DNA from: Planctomycetota bacterium
GTDB taxonomy: Bacteria; Planctomycetota; UBA1135; UBA2386
Assembly: GCA_046290465.1 (NCBI GenBank)
Contig: JBKAGP010000001.1
Span: 3,968,001 to 4,032,000, forward strand
DNA: 64,000 nucleotides
Direction of reading: 5' to 3'
The notes beneath the pieces are model-generated. The model was given only the letters and a program-made list of their open reading frames with translations. It searched no databases and was not told the origin of the DNA. The position numbers and the translations under genes were made by a program. Positions 43,222 to 53,452 of the stretch are shown piece by piece; positions within the stretch are counted from its first letter, which is position 1; each line of letters opens with the position of its first letter.

Positions 43222-43743
43222 GGTCGGCTTCGAGGCAGTAGATGCAACAAAGGGCGCTGTCAGTGATCCCGGCAAGCGGGGCTTGCGTCTCGCTGGCGAG
43301 AGCGTCCCAGGCCGGGGTTCCGATGGTCTCGTTCTGCGTTTCGTTCGTGGTCATGTTGTTCCTCGTGGTCGTGAAGCCGGGAGATCCGGCGTGCTGACAT
43401 GACCGCTCTGTTCGCCGACGACATCAAGTTGAGTTGCCGCGGATTCGGCGAGCCTCGCCAGGAATCTCCGACGGATCCCCCATCGGGCTCCGGATCCGCC
43501 CGGGCGGACGCGACTGCCTCCCCTTGGCCTGGCTGGACGAGGGCCGGCCGGTCGACAGCGGCGCCAGCGCGGCCGCGGCGCCTGCTCGTGCCGCCAACGC
43601 TCGCCGAAGGGCCGACGGCCGGAGTGTGCAACGGAGTGTGCAACGACCTCGGTCACAGCCTGACACTGTCTGGCACAGCGTGGCACGATCGCCGGCCGTG
43701 GATGCTGCCACATCGCCCGGCACGTGGCACGGTTAGGCACATC
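43222..43743 (+). repeat. About 0.5-kb direct repeat, copy B, adjoining the att site
   Basis: Matches 38675-39185; has an extra tandem GGAGTGTGCAAC. Confidence 0.92.
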
Positions 43744-43786
43744 CTGACGCAGCGTGGCACAACCTGGCACAACCCCGCCCTGCGTC

Positions 43787-43809
43787 TTCGAGTCCTGCAG
43801 GGCCTACCA
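43787..43809 (+). other. tRNA 3'-end copy, probable att core: TTCGAGTCCTGCAGGGCCTACCA
   Basis: T-loop, 3' T-stem, acceptor strand and CCA, with no 5' half; 57 bp from the integrase stop. Confidence 0.85.
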
Positions 43810-43866
43810 TCTTCGCAGACCGGCCAGCGAGTGCTAGTCGTGGTCTGGAGCGGTCTCAAGCGCCGC

Positions 43867-45162
43867 TCAGCCACGGTTCTGGCCCTCAGCCTTCTGCTCT
43901 TCGGCCGGACTGGGAATGACTGTGTCGGCCTGTGAAAGACTGGGGGTAGCTGTCGGCTTGGCTGTCAGCGCCCGGTCGAGCAGGTCTGCCAGCAGGTCCT
44001 GACTCACGGTGAGGTCGCGATCATCGAGCTTCGTGTAGAAGTCGATCGTGATCCGCACATCGGTGTGGCGCAGAAGGCGACTCGCAGCCTGGATCGGCAC
44101 TTGCGCACGCGAGAGCGAGGTCGCGTAGGTCGTGCGCAAGGCATGAAGATCGAACTCCCGATCTTCTGGGATCGAGATGCCGGCTCGGGCGGCATCTTCG
44201 CGGACTCGCACAGCCACTCGGTCTGGCATCCGAACAACGTGACTCTGTGGCCTCGGAAGACGACCCGTGCGTTCGTGGACACGCGCGAGATACTGCCGGA
44301 GACGCTCAACCGTGGATGGGATGAGCGGCAGCTCGCCACCCTCACCGTTCTTCGTCGCTTCTGGGGGCAGGATGACGCGCGGGTTCTCGTCCAGGCGCAG
44401 ATGCGACCAGCGAAGCGCAGCGATCTCGGCCCTCCTCAGGCCGTTGGTTGCAGCGAGCGCGTAGATCACCGCCCGTGCCTCACCCTCGAATCGCAGGTCA
44501 TCGAGCTTCGACATCGGTGCGTTCGGATGAGTGGCTAGGTATGCCTCGGCCGGCTTCGTGGCGGTAGCGGCTAGTAGCTTGGGAATGTCCGCGGGGTCGA
44601 GCGCAAAGCGGTTACGCGTTCGATCCGCTCTCCGACAGACCTTGGTCAGGGTCTGCATTGGGTTCTTCTTGAGCCTTCCGGTGTCGAACAGCCACTTTCC
44701 GAACTGTCGAGCAAGCGCCGCGTAGTGGTCGCGAGTGCTCACCGAAGAACCGTCGGCCAGCAACTTGGCAAGAACCTCCTGCACACGGTCAAGGCGGTAG
44801 TCAGACAGCTTCTTCGCGTCCATCCGCGCGAGCAGCTTCGTCAAGCGGAACCGGAGGCCGCTCAGGTAGCGGGCCGCGCAGTTCTTCGCCTGGATCGACT
44901 TGAGGAAGGCGGCGGCGTGTTGCCCAAGCGACTCTCGGTGATGGTCGGTGGCCTCGTCGATGATGCCAGCCTTGCGGCGCTCTACTTCGCGGATCTTCTG
45001 AGCGAGGGCGGCCTCGGCCACACTCTTGTCCTTCGAGATCCTGGCTGTTCGACGAACTCCATTCTCGTCGTGCCACTGGATCGTGTAGCGCGGTTCAAGT
45101 GAGCCGTCCTCACGTCTGCGCTTGTAAACCGAGCCGTTCGCTCGGGATCGTTGTCGTGCCAT
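43867..45162 (-). CDS. int: Phage-type tyrosine integrase
   Basis: Arm-binding N-terminus GSVYKR; TNGLRRAEI, TKNG, DLHALRTTY, LRHTDVRITIDFY. Confidence 0.93.
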   Translation of the reverse strand: MARQRSRANGSVYKRRREDGSLEPRYTIQWHDENGVRRTARISKDKSVAEAALAQKIREVERRKAGIIDEATDHHRESLGQHAAAFLKSIQAKNCAARYLSGLRFRLTKLLARMDAKKLSDYRLDRVQEVLAKLLADGSSVSTRDHYAALARQFGKWLFDTGRLKKNPMQTLTKVCRRADRTRNRFALDPADIPKLLAATATKPAEAYLATHPNAPMSKLDDLRFEGEARAVIYALAATNGLRRAEIAALRWSHLRLDENPRVILPPEATKNGEGGELPLIPSTVERLRQYLARVHERTGRLPRPQSHVVRMPDRVAVRVREDAARAGISIPEDREFDLHALRTTYATSLSRAQVPIQAASRLLRHTDVRITIDFYTKLDDRDLTVSQDLLADLLDRALTAKPTATPSLSQADTVIPSPAEEQKAEGQNRG

Positions 45163-45166
45163 GTTG

Positions 45167-45400
45167 CTAGTCCTCGGAATCGTCGGGCATGTCGTCGATC
45201 ACCCTGCGAACCTGTGCAAGCCGGAAGAGCTTCCGCCGACCGACCCGAACCGGCTTTGGCAAGCGGCCACGATCAACAAGTCGGCGCAGCTCTCGAACTG
45301 ACAAGCTTAGGAGGTGAGCGAGGTCGGTGTAGCTGACGAGGATCGGGTCGGAGTTTGGTCGTCCCGAGTTCTGGGGTTCCTGCGGGTGTGATGCGCTCAT
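45167..45400 (-). CDS. Excisionase/AlpA-like HTH protein
   Basis: DLAHLLSLSVRELRRLVDRGRLPKPVRVGRRKLF; 4 bp from int. Confidence 0.85.
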   Translation of the reverse strand: MSASHPQEPQNSGRPNSDPILVSYTDLAHLLSLSVRELRRLVDRGRLPKPVRVGRRKLFRLAQVRRVIDDMPDDSED

Positions 45401-45545
45401 TCTGGATGGTCTGCGGTTGGTCGAATGGCCAACCTGCTACGCACTTCGCTGAGAACGCACATCACCCAACACCTCCCAAGAGCTGCGACCGCACCTCCCG
45501 ACGACTCACGGGAGCCGCGATCTTGGCGCTATCTCGGAGTGGGCG

Positions 45546-46244
45546 CTAGGTGCCCATGTCGTCGGACAACGTTCGGTAGGCCAGCCAACCCTTGGCGGTC
45601 AGGTCGAGGTGGTCCAGCGCGGTGCGCGGGATAGGTCCCAGCAAGCCCTCCTTCCTCAGAAGACCGGACATGTTCTGCGAGGTCTTGAGGGCGATTCCAA
45701 GTTCATGGGCGATCGCTCCGTGCGACACCTCGGATCCACTGCTCGGCGCTCTTCGACGCGCCTCGATGATCTTTCCAAGCGCAACGATCCAGCGCCGCTG
45801 AGCCGGCTTCATCACTTGGACAACCGCGCGACCGTCGATGGCCGTCGCACGCATGGTCTCAATCTCCTCCCATGCACGGTTCACGGCCGCGTCAAGTCCT
45901 GACAGCGGTATCTCCTTCCTGATGACCGCCAGGAACTCGGCAGCTGGCAGCGCCTTGTCTTGGGTCTCGACGAACTCCATGGCCTCGGCTAGCACGCGGA
46001 TGCCACTTGGCCGTCCTTCCACCCTCATCCCCGTTCTGGGCGGCTCCAAGTCCTGCCAGCGCGGCTGCTCGTGGCGTAGGTCGGCGAGTCGTTGCAGGAC
46101 CATGCCGATACGACTCGTGTTTCGGGCCTGTGTCCGACCGGAGCCCGCGGCCGCGCCCTTCATGAGGAGGCGGATGGTGGCGTGAACGTGAGTCACCCAC
46201 CGCTTGAGATCGATGAGCAGTTGGCTTGTGTCGGAAGGTTGCAT
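45546..46244 (-). CDS. Hypothetical protein with C-terminal winged HTH
   Basis: HGAIAHELGIALKTSQNMSGLLRKEGLL..LTAKG; start uncertain. Confidence 0.6.
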   Translation of the reverse strand: MQPSDTSQLLIDLKRWVTHVHATIRLLMKGAAAGSGRTQARNTSRIGMVLQRLADLRHEQPRWQDLEPPRTGMRVEGRPSGIRVLAEAMEFVETQDKALPAAEFLAVIRKEIPLSGLDAAVNRAWEEIETMRATAIDGRAVVQVMKPAQRRWIVALGKIIEARRRAPSSGSEVSHGAIAHELGIALKTSQNMSGLLRKEGLLGPIPRTALDHLDLTAKGWLAYRTLSDDMGT

Positions 46245-46635
46245 TGCGCCGGTCGTTCCAACATCAACTTTCGGGCGCAGGCTGTTTCGATCCTGAGGTA
46301 GATCGCTGGCACCTCTTCCGATCTTGGACGAAGCACCACCAGTCCGCCGCAAGCGCTCGCGCAGTTGACCTGAATCCTGGTGTGAGGAACCCAGCGTCGT
46401 GGGATCGGTCGAGCCGCGTAGAGGCGAGCAGGTCGGCGTCGTAGGTGTCGTGCGACCTGTTCTGTCGGTCAGAGGCACGCGAGGTTCCATCGTGAAGCAC
46501 CGTGGTCGTGGGGTGTCTTGCTTCTTCGAAGGTGACGATCGCAAGGCAGGCTTGCTAGTCGCGGCAGGCCCTGGACTTGCTTATCGCGATCCCGATCATG
46601 ACTGGGAAGCAACCCGACGCGGGAGCGCGAGACAC

Positions 46636-47829
46636 ATGCTGCGAACGCCACTCGACCAGATTGAGGAGGAGACCATCCGGCACTTCGTCGCGAAGACGAA
46701 ACTGCCTGAGACGGCGAGCCTCGACTACAAGCGGGACTACGACCTTCGCGACTCGAAAGGCAAGAAGGGACTACTCGCCGACATCTGCGCGTTTGCGAAC
46801 AACGGCGGCGGTCACATCCTGGTCGGCGTGGACGAACAGCGCGACGCGACTGGTGCGAAAACTGGCATGCCGGTTGATCAACCGAGCGGTGCTAGGTGGT
46901 TTGACCAGTCTGTTGCAGAGAACCTCATCCACGCCTCGATCGAACCTCGCATCGGGAACTTCGTGCGGATTCAGGCGGTTCAGGGGTCTTGGGCAGACGG
47001 ACCGGTGTATGTGATCAAGGTGGATCGGACGTGGAACCCGCCGCACTCCGTGACGTCGAGCGAACGTCGGACCTTCTACCGGCGATCGGGTGCGAATAGC
47101 GAACCGATGGACATGAACCAGATCCGCGATGCATTCTCGGCTGCTGCGACGTTGGCCGACCGGGCACGCGCGTTCCATCGCGAACGCGTGCAGCTAGTGC
47201 TGAGTGGCAAGACGACGTTCCCTTTGGTGCAGGAGAGGGGTAGGTCGATCGTTCATGTCTTGCCACTGAGCTTCTTCGCGTCTGGCGAACGGTTACCCTT
47301 GGACAATGTCCCGCTGCTTTGCCCTAGCAGCGGCGCCGGGGGCTCCTGGAGTCCTGTTCCCAACTTCGATGGCCGAATTGCGTATGCAGGGCGTCCCGAG
47401 GCCACTTCTTATCTTCAGGTGTTCCGCCATGGTGCGGTGGAGGGTGTCAACACGGACCTCACCTACGAGGAGCGAGATCGTCTCGGCTTTAGAGTGCGGC
47501 AGGTCGAGCTTGACGTGCTCACGACCGTCGAGCAGGCCCAGAAGTTCTTCGATAGCCAACCTGACCTCGGGCCTCCGTGCCTCGTCATGCTCTCGGTTGT
47601 GGGTATCGAAGGCACCTTCATTCCACCGCCAAATCCTGGCTACGACACGAGCCACATCCACACGATCGAGCTGGACCACTTAGGAGTCCTCGACGTTCAG
47701 CTCGACGACCTTGCAGGCGAGGTTGAGCAGGTATTGCGACCGACCTTCGACGTGCTCTGGCAGTCCAGCGGTTGGCCGAAGAGCCTGAGCTTTGACGATT
47801 CCGGGCGATTCACGACTCCGAGGCAGTGA
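46636..47829 (+). CDS. AlbA_2 (Schlafen-like) domain protein
   Basis: ETASLDYKR..LLADICAFANNGGGHILVGVDE..PH..FYRRSG. Confidence 0.88.
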   Translation: MLRTPLDQIEEETIRHFVAKTKLPETASLDYKRDYDLRDSKGKKGLLADICAFANNGGGHILVGVDEQRDATGAKTGMPVDQPSGARWFDQSVAENLIHASIEPRIGNFVRIQAVQGSWADGPVYVIKVDRTWNPPHSVTSSERRTFYRRSGANSEPMDMNQIRDAFSAAATLADRARAFHRERVQLVLSGKTTFPLVQERGRSIVHVLPLSFFASGERLPLDNVPLLCPSSGAGGSWSPVPNFDGRIAYAGRPEATSYLQVFRHGAVEGVNTDLTYEERDRLGFRVRQVELDVLTTVEQAQKFFDSQPDLGPPCLVMLSVVGIEGTFIPPPNPGYDTSHIHTIELDHLGVLDVQLDDLAGEVEQVLRPTFDVLWQSSGWPKSLSFDDSGRFTTPRQ

Positions 47830-47970
47830 TTCTGGTTCACAAGATCGGAACGCGAGTGAGGTGAACCCTACGGAGTTGGCGGATAGGAGGGGCTCGATGG
47901 AGAACGCGACGAAGGACCAGCGCCCGAGGTCTTCATAGTCAGTCGGGTCCCAATCCCACTGGGAGTCCGA

Positions 47971-50091
47971 TCAACGATCTGTCGAGTTGTCCAAGGCTGC
48001 TAGGAACGTCCGAACTGCGAGCAAGTCCGAATCGGACAACGAGGTCGCTAGTGCTTCCACGCGGCCTCGAAGCGACGGAGGATCGAGTCCGATTGTCGTG
48101 AGATGCTGGAGCGAGATCATCGGTGACGGACGTCCGACATGATCACCCAGTGTTGAGCTGATGGAGTAGCTGACGAAGCTGCGTAGGATCTGCACTAGTC
48201 TCTGGTCATTCTCCGCGACCTTGGACACCCACTCGCTGCAAGCGGCGGCATCGAGGTCCGACCACCAGTGAACGATCCAGCCGGCCAGTGGGAGATCGAG
48301 AAGGGAGCCATCCTCGGCGTGTTGGTGAATGCGCTTTCGGAGGATCTCGCGAAGGTCGTCGACATCCGCTCTCTTCAGAAGCCTCTCATTTTCGGGAATC
48401 GGGGGTTTGTCAGGGCGCTCAACGTGTTCGAGCAAGCGATGGTTCATGAACCCGAGCATCACGGAGAGGGATGGAGTCTCTTGGCAAGCCTGTCGCAGGA
48501 AGGCGACCCGCTCCGCTACCTCAAGCTGGGCAACGTTCTTGTGAACGATCTCGTCGATCAACCACTCGAATGGCCAGTCGGATTCCCCGTTCGCTCGCGG
48601 GTCTGCTGATCCCGCAAGCAAGTCTGCTCGATCGATTAGTGCTCGACACAGTGCAAGGTTCGGCTGCGAATCACCGGCATTCGCTTCCCGAACTCTCAGA
48701 TCATCCAGCAGGATGCGAGCCCGCCGTAGCTTCTCAAGCGAGTCGCCGCGGAGGTGGAGGTCGAGCAGAGCTGCGATTTCATCGTCGTTGCCTCGCAGTA
48801 GCTGTTGCAGCTGAGATGCTCGCAACTGTTCGGGGGGCAAAGCCCACTGGAAGTAGGTGTTGAAGTGGGCTTCGCTACATGCTCGTCGCCCTGCACGCCA
48901 TCTGGCGTCGCCCGAGTAGCTGATGTTGCCCCACACGCTGTCGAGGTGGGGGAATGTCCTGCGCAGGATGTCTTTCACCGGCTCGACCTGCTCAGGTCGC
49001 AAGGCGTCGAGATACTCTTGGTGCCAAGACAGGTCGTCCTTGGGATCGTGCCGAAAGCGGAATGCGGCGCCGAAGTAGTCCGGGTTGACCGCCACGACTT
49101 GGTGGACACCGGGAGTGAACACTCGCAGCGATTCAAGGGCGACGAAGTCCACCAAGTCCACTTCTTCGCGGATTGCTGGGTAGGAAACGGAGACCGAGTC
49201 GATGAATCGAGAGATGTCGCGAGGAGAGCGAATCAACGCCTGAATCCCACCGTAGTAGAGGTTGAGCAAGCGGTGGCGCTCTTCATCGGCAACGTCACCG
49301 ACGATCTCCTGAAGTTCGCGGAAGAAGACTGAGTTGATGTTGCCTTGGCTGATCGTCGGCATCGCGAAGGGGATCTGCACGATCTTCTCGATGTAGCCAG
49401 CACCCTGGTCGGTGACGTAGCGAGACATCGCGGATGCGACCAAGTCGGCATCGAAGGCCATCAAGTAGGTGAAGCGCGGGAAGTCAGCAACCGCCTTCAC
49501 GAGCCGAAACACTTGGTAGACCTCTTCGGAGGGGAGTCGATCGAGGTCGTCGATGATGATGACGATGCGTGGCCGGTGGTTCCCTAGGTGCTTGTCGATC
49601 TGACGCCGAAGATCGTGAACGCTCGGTTTGGAAGTAGGCAGTATCTTGTGGAGGGCCGCGAACGCCTTCTCCCAGCCACCCAATGGTGTCTGCGAGAGGA
49701 CTCGGGCCACTTTGGCGATTGCCCTACGAGCCCTGCGGAGATAGCGCGTGTTCGCGGGGAACCGGGCAACCAACTGCGAGAAGAACGATCGAAGCAGAGT
49801 TTCGGGCGAGGACGAGAACCACCAAGGGTTGAACCGGATGACGGTTGTGTTGCTGCAATCTCCTTCAGTCGTCAGGTAGTGCTCGATCAAGTTCAGGACG
49901 CTCGACTTGCCACTGCCCCACTCGCCGAGGATCCCGACTACGAGCCCCGGGGTCGTTACGCGCTGGTCGATCGCGCGCGCCGCATGTTTTGCAAACGGAG
50001 CGAAGCCGAAGAGGTCGTGCTCCGGCTTCTTGATCGGGCGGTCGCCTCGCAGGCGGCGTTGCTTCGTCTCGTCGTCGTCCTTCACCGACAC
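47971..50091 (-). CDS. KAP-family P-loop NTPase
   Basis: DLFGF, GILGEWGSGKSS, FNPWWFS, IIIDDLDRL, YIEKIVQIPF, SPRDI. Confidence 0.92.
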   Translation of the reverse strand: MSVKDDDETKQRRLRGDRPIKKPEHDLFGFAPFAKHAARAIDQRVTTPGLVVGILGEWGSGKSSVLNLIEHYLTTEGDCSNTTVIRFNPWWFSSSPETLLRSFFSQLVARFPANTRYLRRARRAIAKVARVLSQTPLGGWEKAFAALHKILPTSKPSVHDLRRQIDKHLGNHRPRIVIIIDDLDRLPSEEVYQVFRLVKAVADFPRFTYLMAFDADLVASAMSRYVTDQGAGYIEKIVQIPFAMPTISQGNINSVFFRELQEIVGDVADEERHRLLNLYYGGIQALIRSPRDISRFIDSVSVSYPAIREEVDLVDFVALESLRVFTPGVHQVVAVNPDYFGAAFRFRHDPKDDLSWHQEYLDALRPEQVEPVKDILRRTFPHLDSVWGNISYSGDARWRAGRRACSEAHFNTYFQWALPPEQLRASQLQQLLRGNDDEIAALLDLHLRGDSLEKLRRARILLDDLRVREANAGDSQPNLALCRALIDRADLLAGSADPRANGESDWPFEWLIDEIVHKNVAQLEVAERVAFLRQACQETPSLSVMLGFMNHRLLEHVERPDKPPIPENERLLKRADVDDLREILRKRIHQHAEDGSLLDLPLAGWIVHWWSDLDAAACSEWVSKVAENDQRLVQILRSFVSYSISSTLGDHVGRPSPMISLQHLTTIGLDPPSLRGRVEALATSLSDSDLLAVRTFLAALDNSTDR

Positions 50092-50302
50092 TCTCTCCTG
50101 TGTTTGCTCGTCGGGGGGTGATGAGCCTGTCTGAAGTCGAGAGTTGTCCCGGCACAGTCGTCAGGCGCGAGGCAGACTTTTCCGACAGGCTGCCCAGGGT
50201 TCTTTGACAAGCTCGGCCGCTCCCTCGCCTCAATGGTCTTCATCGTTCTGTCCTACACTTGGGTCTTCGTGACCCGTCCTTCGCACCGCCGTAGCGCGAT
50301 GG

Positions 50303-50827
50303 CTATTGGTCCGGAAGGTGGACGACATCGTCGCCGATCAGCGGGTAGTCGTTGTGCAACCGGACCACGTCATCCTCGGAGAGGTTGCGAGGGTGAAGCA
50401 CGCCCCTGACGTCGAAGGACTCGACGAACAAGAGCTTGTCCGTATCCCTGCCCATCAAGGGCATCATGTGGCATCCGATTTGTCTGCGTCCTTGCTCCTC
50501 CCGGTCTGCAACAACGAGCGACGCAACCGTGAGAAAGCCACAGCTCAAGCGGTGTAGCAGGTAGTCGAGCTTGTCCCTGCCCTTGCCTGGGGGGAACTTC
50601 TCGATCCTGAACTTCGCTTGCGGATACTTGGCCGTGACCTCAGACGTCACGCTCCCGAAGTTGTTGTGTCCGACACCTCGGTGTTGGAGATCGAAGTCCT
50701 CCTGGAACGTCTCGAAGTTCACGCCCTGTGCGTTTCCGAACCGAAGCAGAATCTCAAGACACGTTGGGATGCATCCGGTCTGAGGGTTCCTCTGGTGAAC
50801 TTGCGGGATCGTGAGAATCAGCGGCAT
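50303..50827 (-). CDS. Papain-fold (C39-like) cysteine peptidase
   Basis: IPQVHQ..TGCIPTCLEILL and GCHMMPLMGRD..LLFVES. Confidence 0.6.
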   Translation of the reverse strand: MPLILTIPQVHQRNPQTGCIPTCLEILLRFGNAQGVNFETFQEDFDLQHRGVGHNNFGSVTSEVTAKYPQAKFRIEKFPPGKGRDKLDYLLHRLSCGFLTVASLVVADREEQGRRQIGCHMMPLMGRDTDKLLFVESFDVRGVLHPRNLSEDDVVRLHNDYPLIGDDVVHLPDQ

Positions 50828-50839
50828 GCCGATGCCCGT

Positions 50840-53125
50840 TCAGCCGTTGCTTTCGATGAAATACATCCGCGCCGTAGCCTGTGCCAGATCCTCGGGCGTG
50901 CCAGCGCGGTAGTCGGTGTCCGCCCCGGCGCGGTCGTAGATGTGGTAGGGCTCAAGCTCCGTGGCCGTGAGCATGATCGCCCTTTGCCGGTGGTCGCCGT
51001 TTAGCTTCTTGGCGAGTTCGACTTCCAGCTGTGTAAAGGGGGCGAGTTTAGCGAGCACGATGAACGTCTTGAACCGGTTCCGAGGCAGAGCGTCAGCGCA
51101 ACGCCGCAGGTTATCGATCGTATCTGCGTCGATCTCTCCTTGGTCTTTGCATTCTCCCAACAGCACTACCGTCTTGCGTGGCACCGACCGAGGGATAATC
51201 CAAACAAAGTCGACTTCGCACTTCGGAACGTCGCTACCCGCATCCGGGGCCAAGTCGAGAGACGTTGAGTAGACTCCATGGTCCATGAGGCGGTGAAGGT
51301 TGGCGTCAAGCTGCTGCAGCGTGAGCACCACGGGGACGGCACCTAGGGAGTTGCTTTCAACGCCCAGTGCACCGGAGCGTCGGTAATGCCACTTCTCGTC
51401 CACGAGCTGCCGCGTCGCGTTCCACTCGTGGCCGCACAGATCACACTTCGCTTGCTGCTTCAGGTCGTCGAGTGGAATCCACGGCGACATGCGGCAGGCG
51501 GGGCACGCGAGTTCGACGCCGATCCGGAAGAGACCCCGATCCACTAGATAGGTGAACACTTCGGCAGCGGTCAGTTTCGTCCCGCTCGCGCGGCTCTCGA
51601 TGTGGAGGTCCGCGTGATCGGAGAAACTCGCAGCCGGATCCTCGGGATTCCGTCCTCCGATCAACTGAAGTGCGGCAGTCTTCGTGAACGAGGCTGTTGG
51701 CCCGTGCGTCTTCAGCAAGCGTCGAACGCCGGGAATCTTCAGCACGCGTCCGCCCTGAATGCCGCCGACGCTCGCGATGATCTGCCGAGCAATGTGTCCA
51801 GCGGAGTTCGATTTCGCCTTGAGTCTCCCCATGCCGAAGACTTTCTCCATGAGGTCCACGATCGGCAGGGCACGAAGGAACGTGTCGGAGTCAGCAGCAT
51901 CGATAATGAGTCCTACGCGCTCTGGCTCGACTCGGAGCTTGTCGTAGAGGAAGTGCATCTCTCGCGCGTAGAACTCATGGAGTTCGGGGATGAACGGGGG
52001 ATTCAACGTGTGCTGCTCGTCTCCGAAGATCCCACCGAAGAAGGAGACGGACGCCACCAAGTGCTGGCGATGGAACCAGTTGTCTCCGCAGAACGGCTTG
52101 TCGCTCAAGGCGAACGAGACCTTGGGCCTGCCCGCCTCGCGCCCGATTACTCCAAGAGCTGAGGCTACGCCGAGCTGCATCATGGGCGGACGGACATTAC
52201 GTCCATTCCACAGGTCGACCGAAACTGGGCACGCAAGAAGGTCTTCTCTATCGAATCGTCTCCGCGCCTCGTGAACGTCCATCCGGGACCAAACCGCGAT
52301 ACGCCTCTCGAAATCGTGTCGACGTGACACCATCTCCCGTAGTCGCGTCTCCCACGCTGGGACCAGATGGGTGTAGCGGGCGAAGTGCTCCGGATCGACG
52401 AACCAGAGAGGAATGTCTGCAGCTCGCAGATTCCAGAAAGACACAAGGTCGACGAGATTCGTCGCATCGCCGACGTAGAACCCGGGTGCGTCCCACCCCC
52501 GTTGAACGCTGTGGTGCGTCGTGACTCCGTGCCTGGAGAAGTGCGCAATCGTGGGGTGTTCCAGGATGCTTGTCGGAATGGGCTCCATGGTGATGTCGGC
52601 GTTGGTGGCGCCGACGCTCTCACGGAGAAAACCCGAGTAGTCGGTGTGGGATTCGTCCAACGTCGGATACTCCCCAAGCAGCATCAAGAAGGGGTCTGCC
52701 AACGGGTCGTCTTGACCCCACGAGTAGGTCCGAACCCCTTTGTCTTTGAGAGCTGTGAGCTCGGGTGTTCCATGGAACGCGGCGAGCATGTTGTGGATGT
52801 CGAGCGCCTGACAGTTCGTCGCCCCTCCTTGACCATCGATGTATAGACCGTCGTGGAAGAAGGGATTGATGATGTGCTTGAACCGCGCGGGAAACGTGCG
52901 GACTGCTTCTGACTCGCCCAGCGGCACGATGAGATCAACGCGAAACAACTCGATGAGTCGTGTTGCTTCCACGTCATGGTCGACGATCACGATGCAGTTG
53001 AACCGTCCGCCCCATAGCGCGTGAGACAACCGCACCGCTCGCCGAAAGGCATCGACGTCGCCGTCGCGGATCGCCCAGGCAATACGCAGGGGGCGGTAGC
53101 AGATATCGACTCGAACAGTGTTCAC
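50840..53125 (-). CDS. Large protein with Zn ribbon and C-terminal PD-(D/E)XK nuclease-like domain
   Basis: CPAC..CDLCGH; CEVDFVW..LLGECKD; N-terminal RPLRIAW..WGGRFN. Confidence 0.7.
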   Translation of the reverse strand: MNTVRVDICYRPLRIAWAIRDGDVDAFRRAVRLSHALWGGRFNCIVIVDHDVEATRLIELFRVDLIVPLGESEAVRTFPARFKHIINPFFHDGLYIDGQGGATNCQALDIHNMLAAFHGTPELTALKDKGVRTYSWGQDDPLADPFLMLLGEYPTLDESHTDYSGFLRESVGATNADITMEPIPTSILEHPTIAHFSRHGVTTHHSVQRGWDAPGFYVGDATNLVDLVSFWNLRAADIPLWFVDPEHFARYTHLVPAWETRLREMVSRRHDFERRIAVWSRMDVHEARRRFDREDLLACPVSVDLWNGRNVRPPMMQLGVASALGVIGREAGRPKVSFALSDKPFCGDNWFHRQHLVASVSFFGGIFGDEQHTLNPPFIPELHEFYAREMHFLYDKLRVEPERVGLIIDAADSDTFLRALPIVDLMEKVFGMGRLKAKSNSAGHIARQIIASVGGIQGGRVLKIPGVRRLLKTHGPTASFTKTAALQLIGGRNPEDPAASFSDHADLHIESRASGTKLTAAEVFTYLVDRGLFRIGVELACPACRMSPWIPLDDLKQQAKCDLCGHEWNATRQLVDEKWHYRRSGALGVESNSLGAVPVVLTLQQLDANLHRLMDHGVYSTSLDLAPDAGSDVPKCEVDFVWIIPRSVPRKTVVLLGECKDQGEIDADTIDNLRRCADALPRNRFKTFIVLAKLAPFTQLEVELAKKLNGDHRQRAIMLTATELEPYHIYDRAGADTDYRAGTPEDLAQATARMYFIESNG

Positions 53126-53452
53126 TCAACTCTCGCTTCGCGAGTGCGTTGCAAGCTGGCTACGTGCACTCAATTGCCTCCAGCTAGCCCCGCCCGATCA
53201 GTTCGTCCGATTCTCGACTCCGCGCGAATCGCCATGCGGGCGAGGGCTGATCGACGGACAGGTCCTGGAGTGCCCGAGCAAGTTTCGCGATGAGGGTCGA
53301 GACATGCGCGTGGCTCCGAGAGGAGTTGAAAACCGATCATGTGGTGCACATTCTGTGGCTCTCACGCGCTTCGGGCAAGCTCAGGCCGGGGTCGCGAGCT
53401 TCCTCATCGCGCCGAGTCGGTGCCTTGATCGAGCAACTCGCGCGGCCATTCG

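Noticed and set aside
43740..43809. Complete tRNA gene
   Set aside because: Only the T-loop to CCA is present; the 5' T-stem, anticodon and D arms are absent
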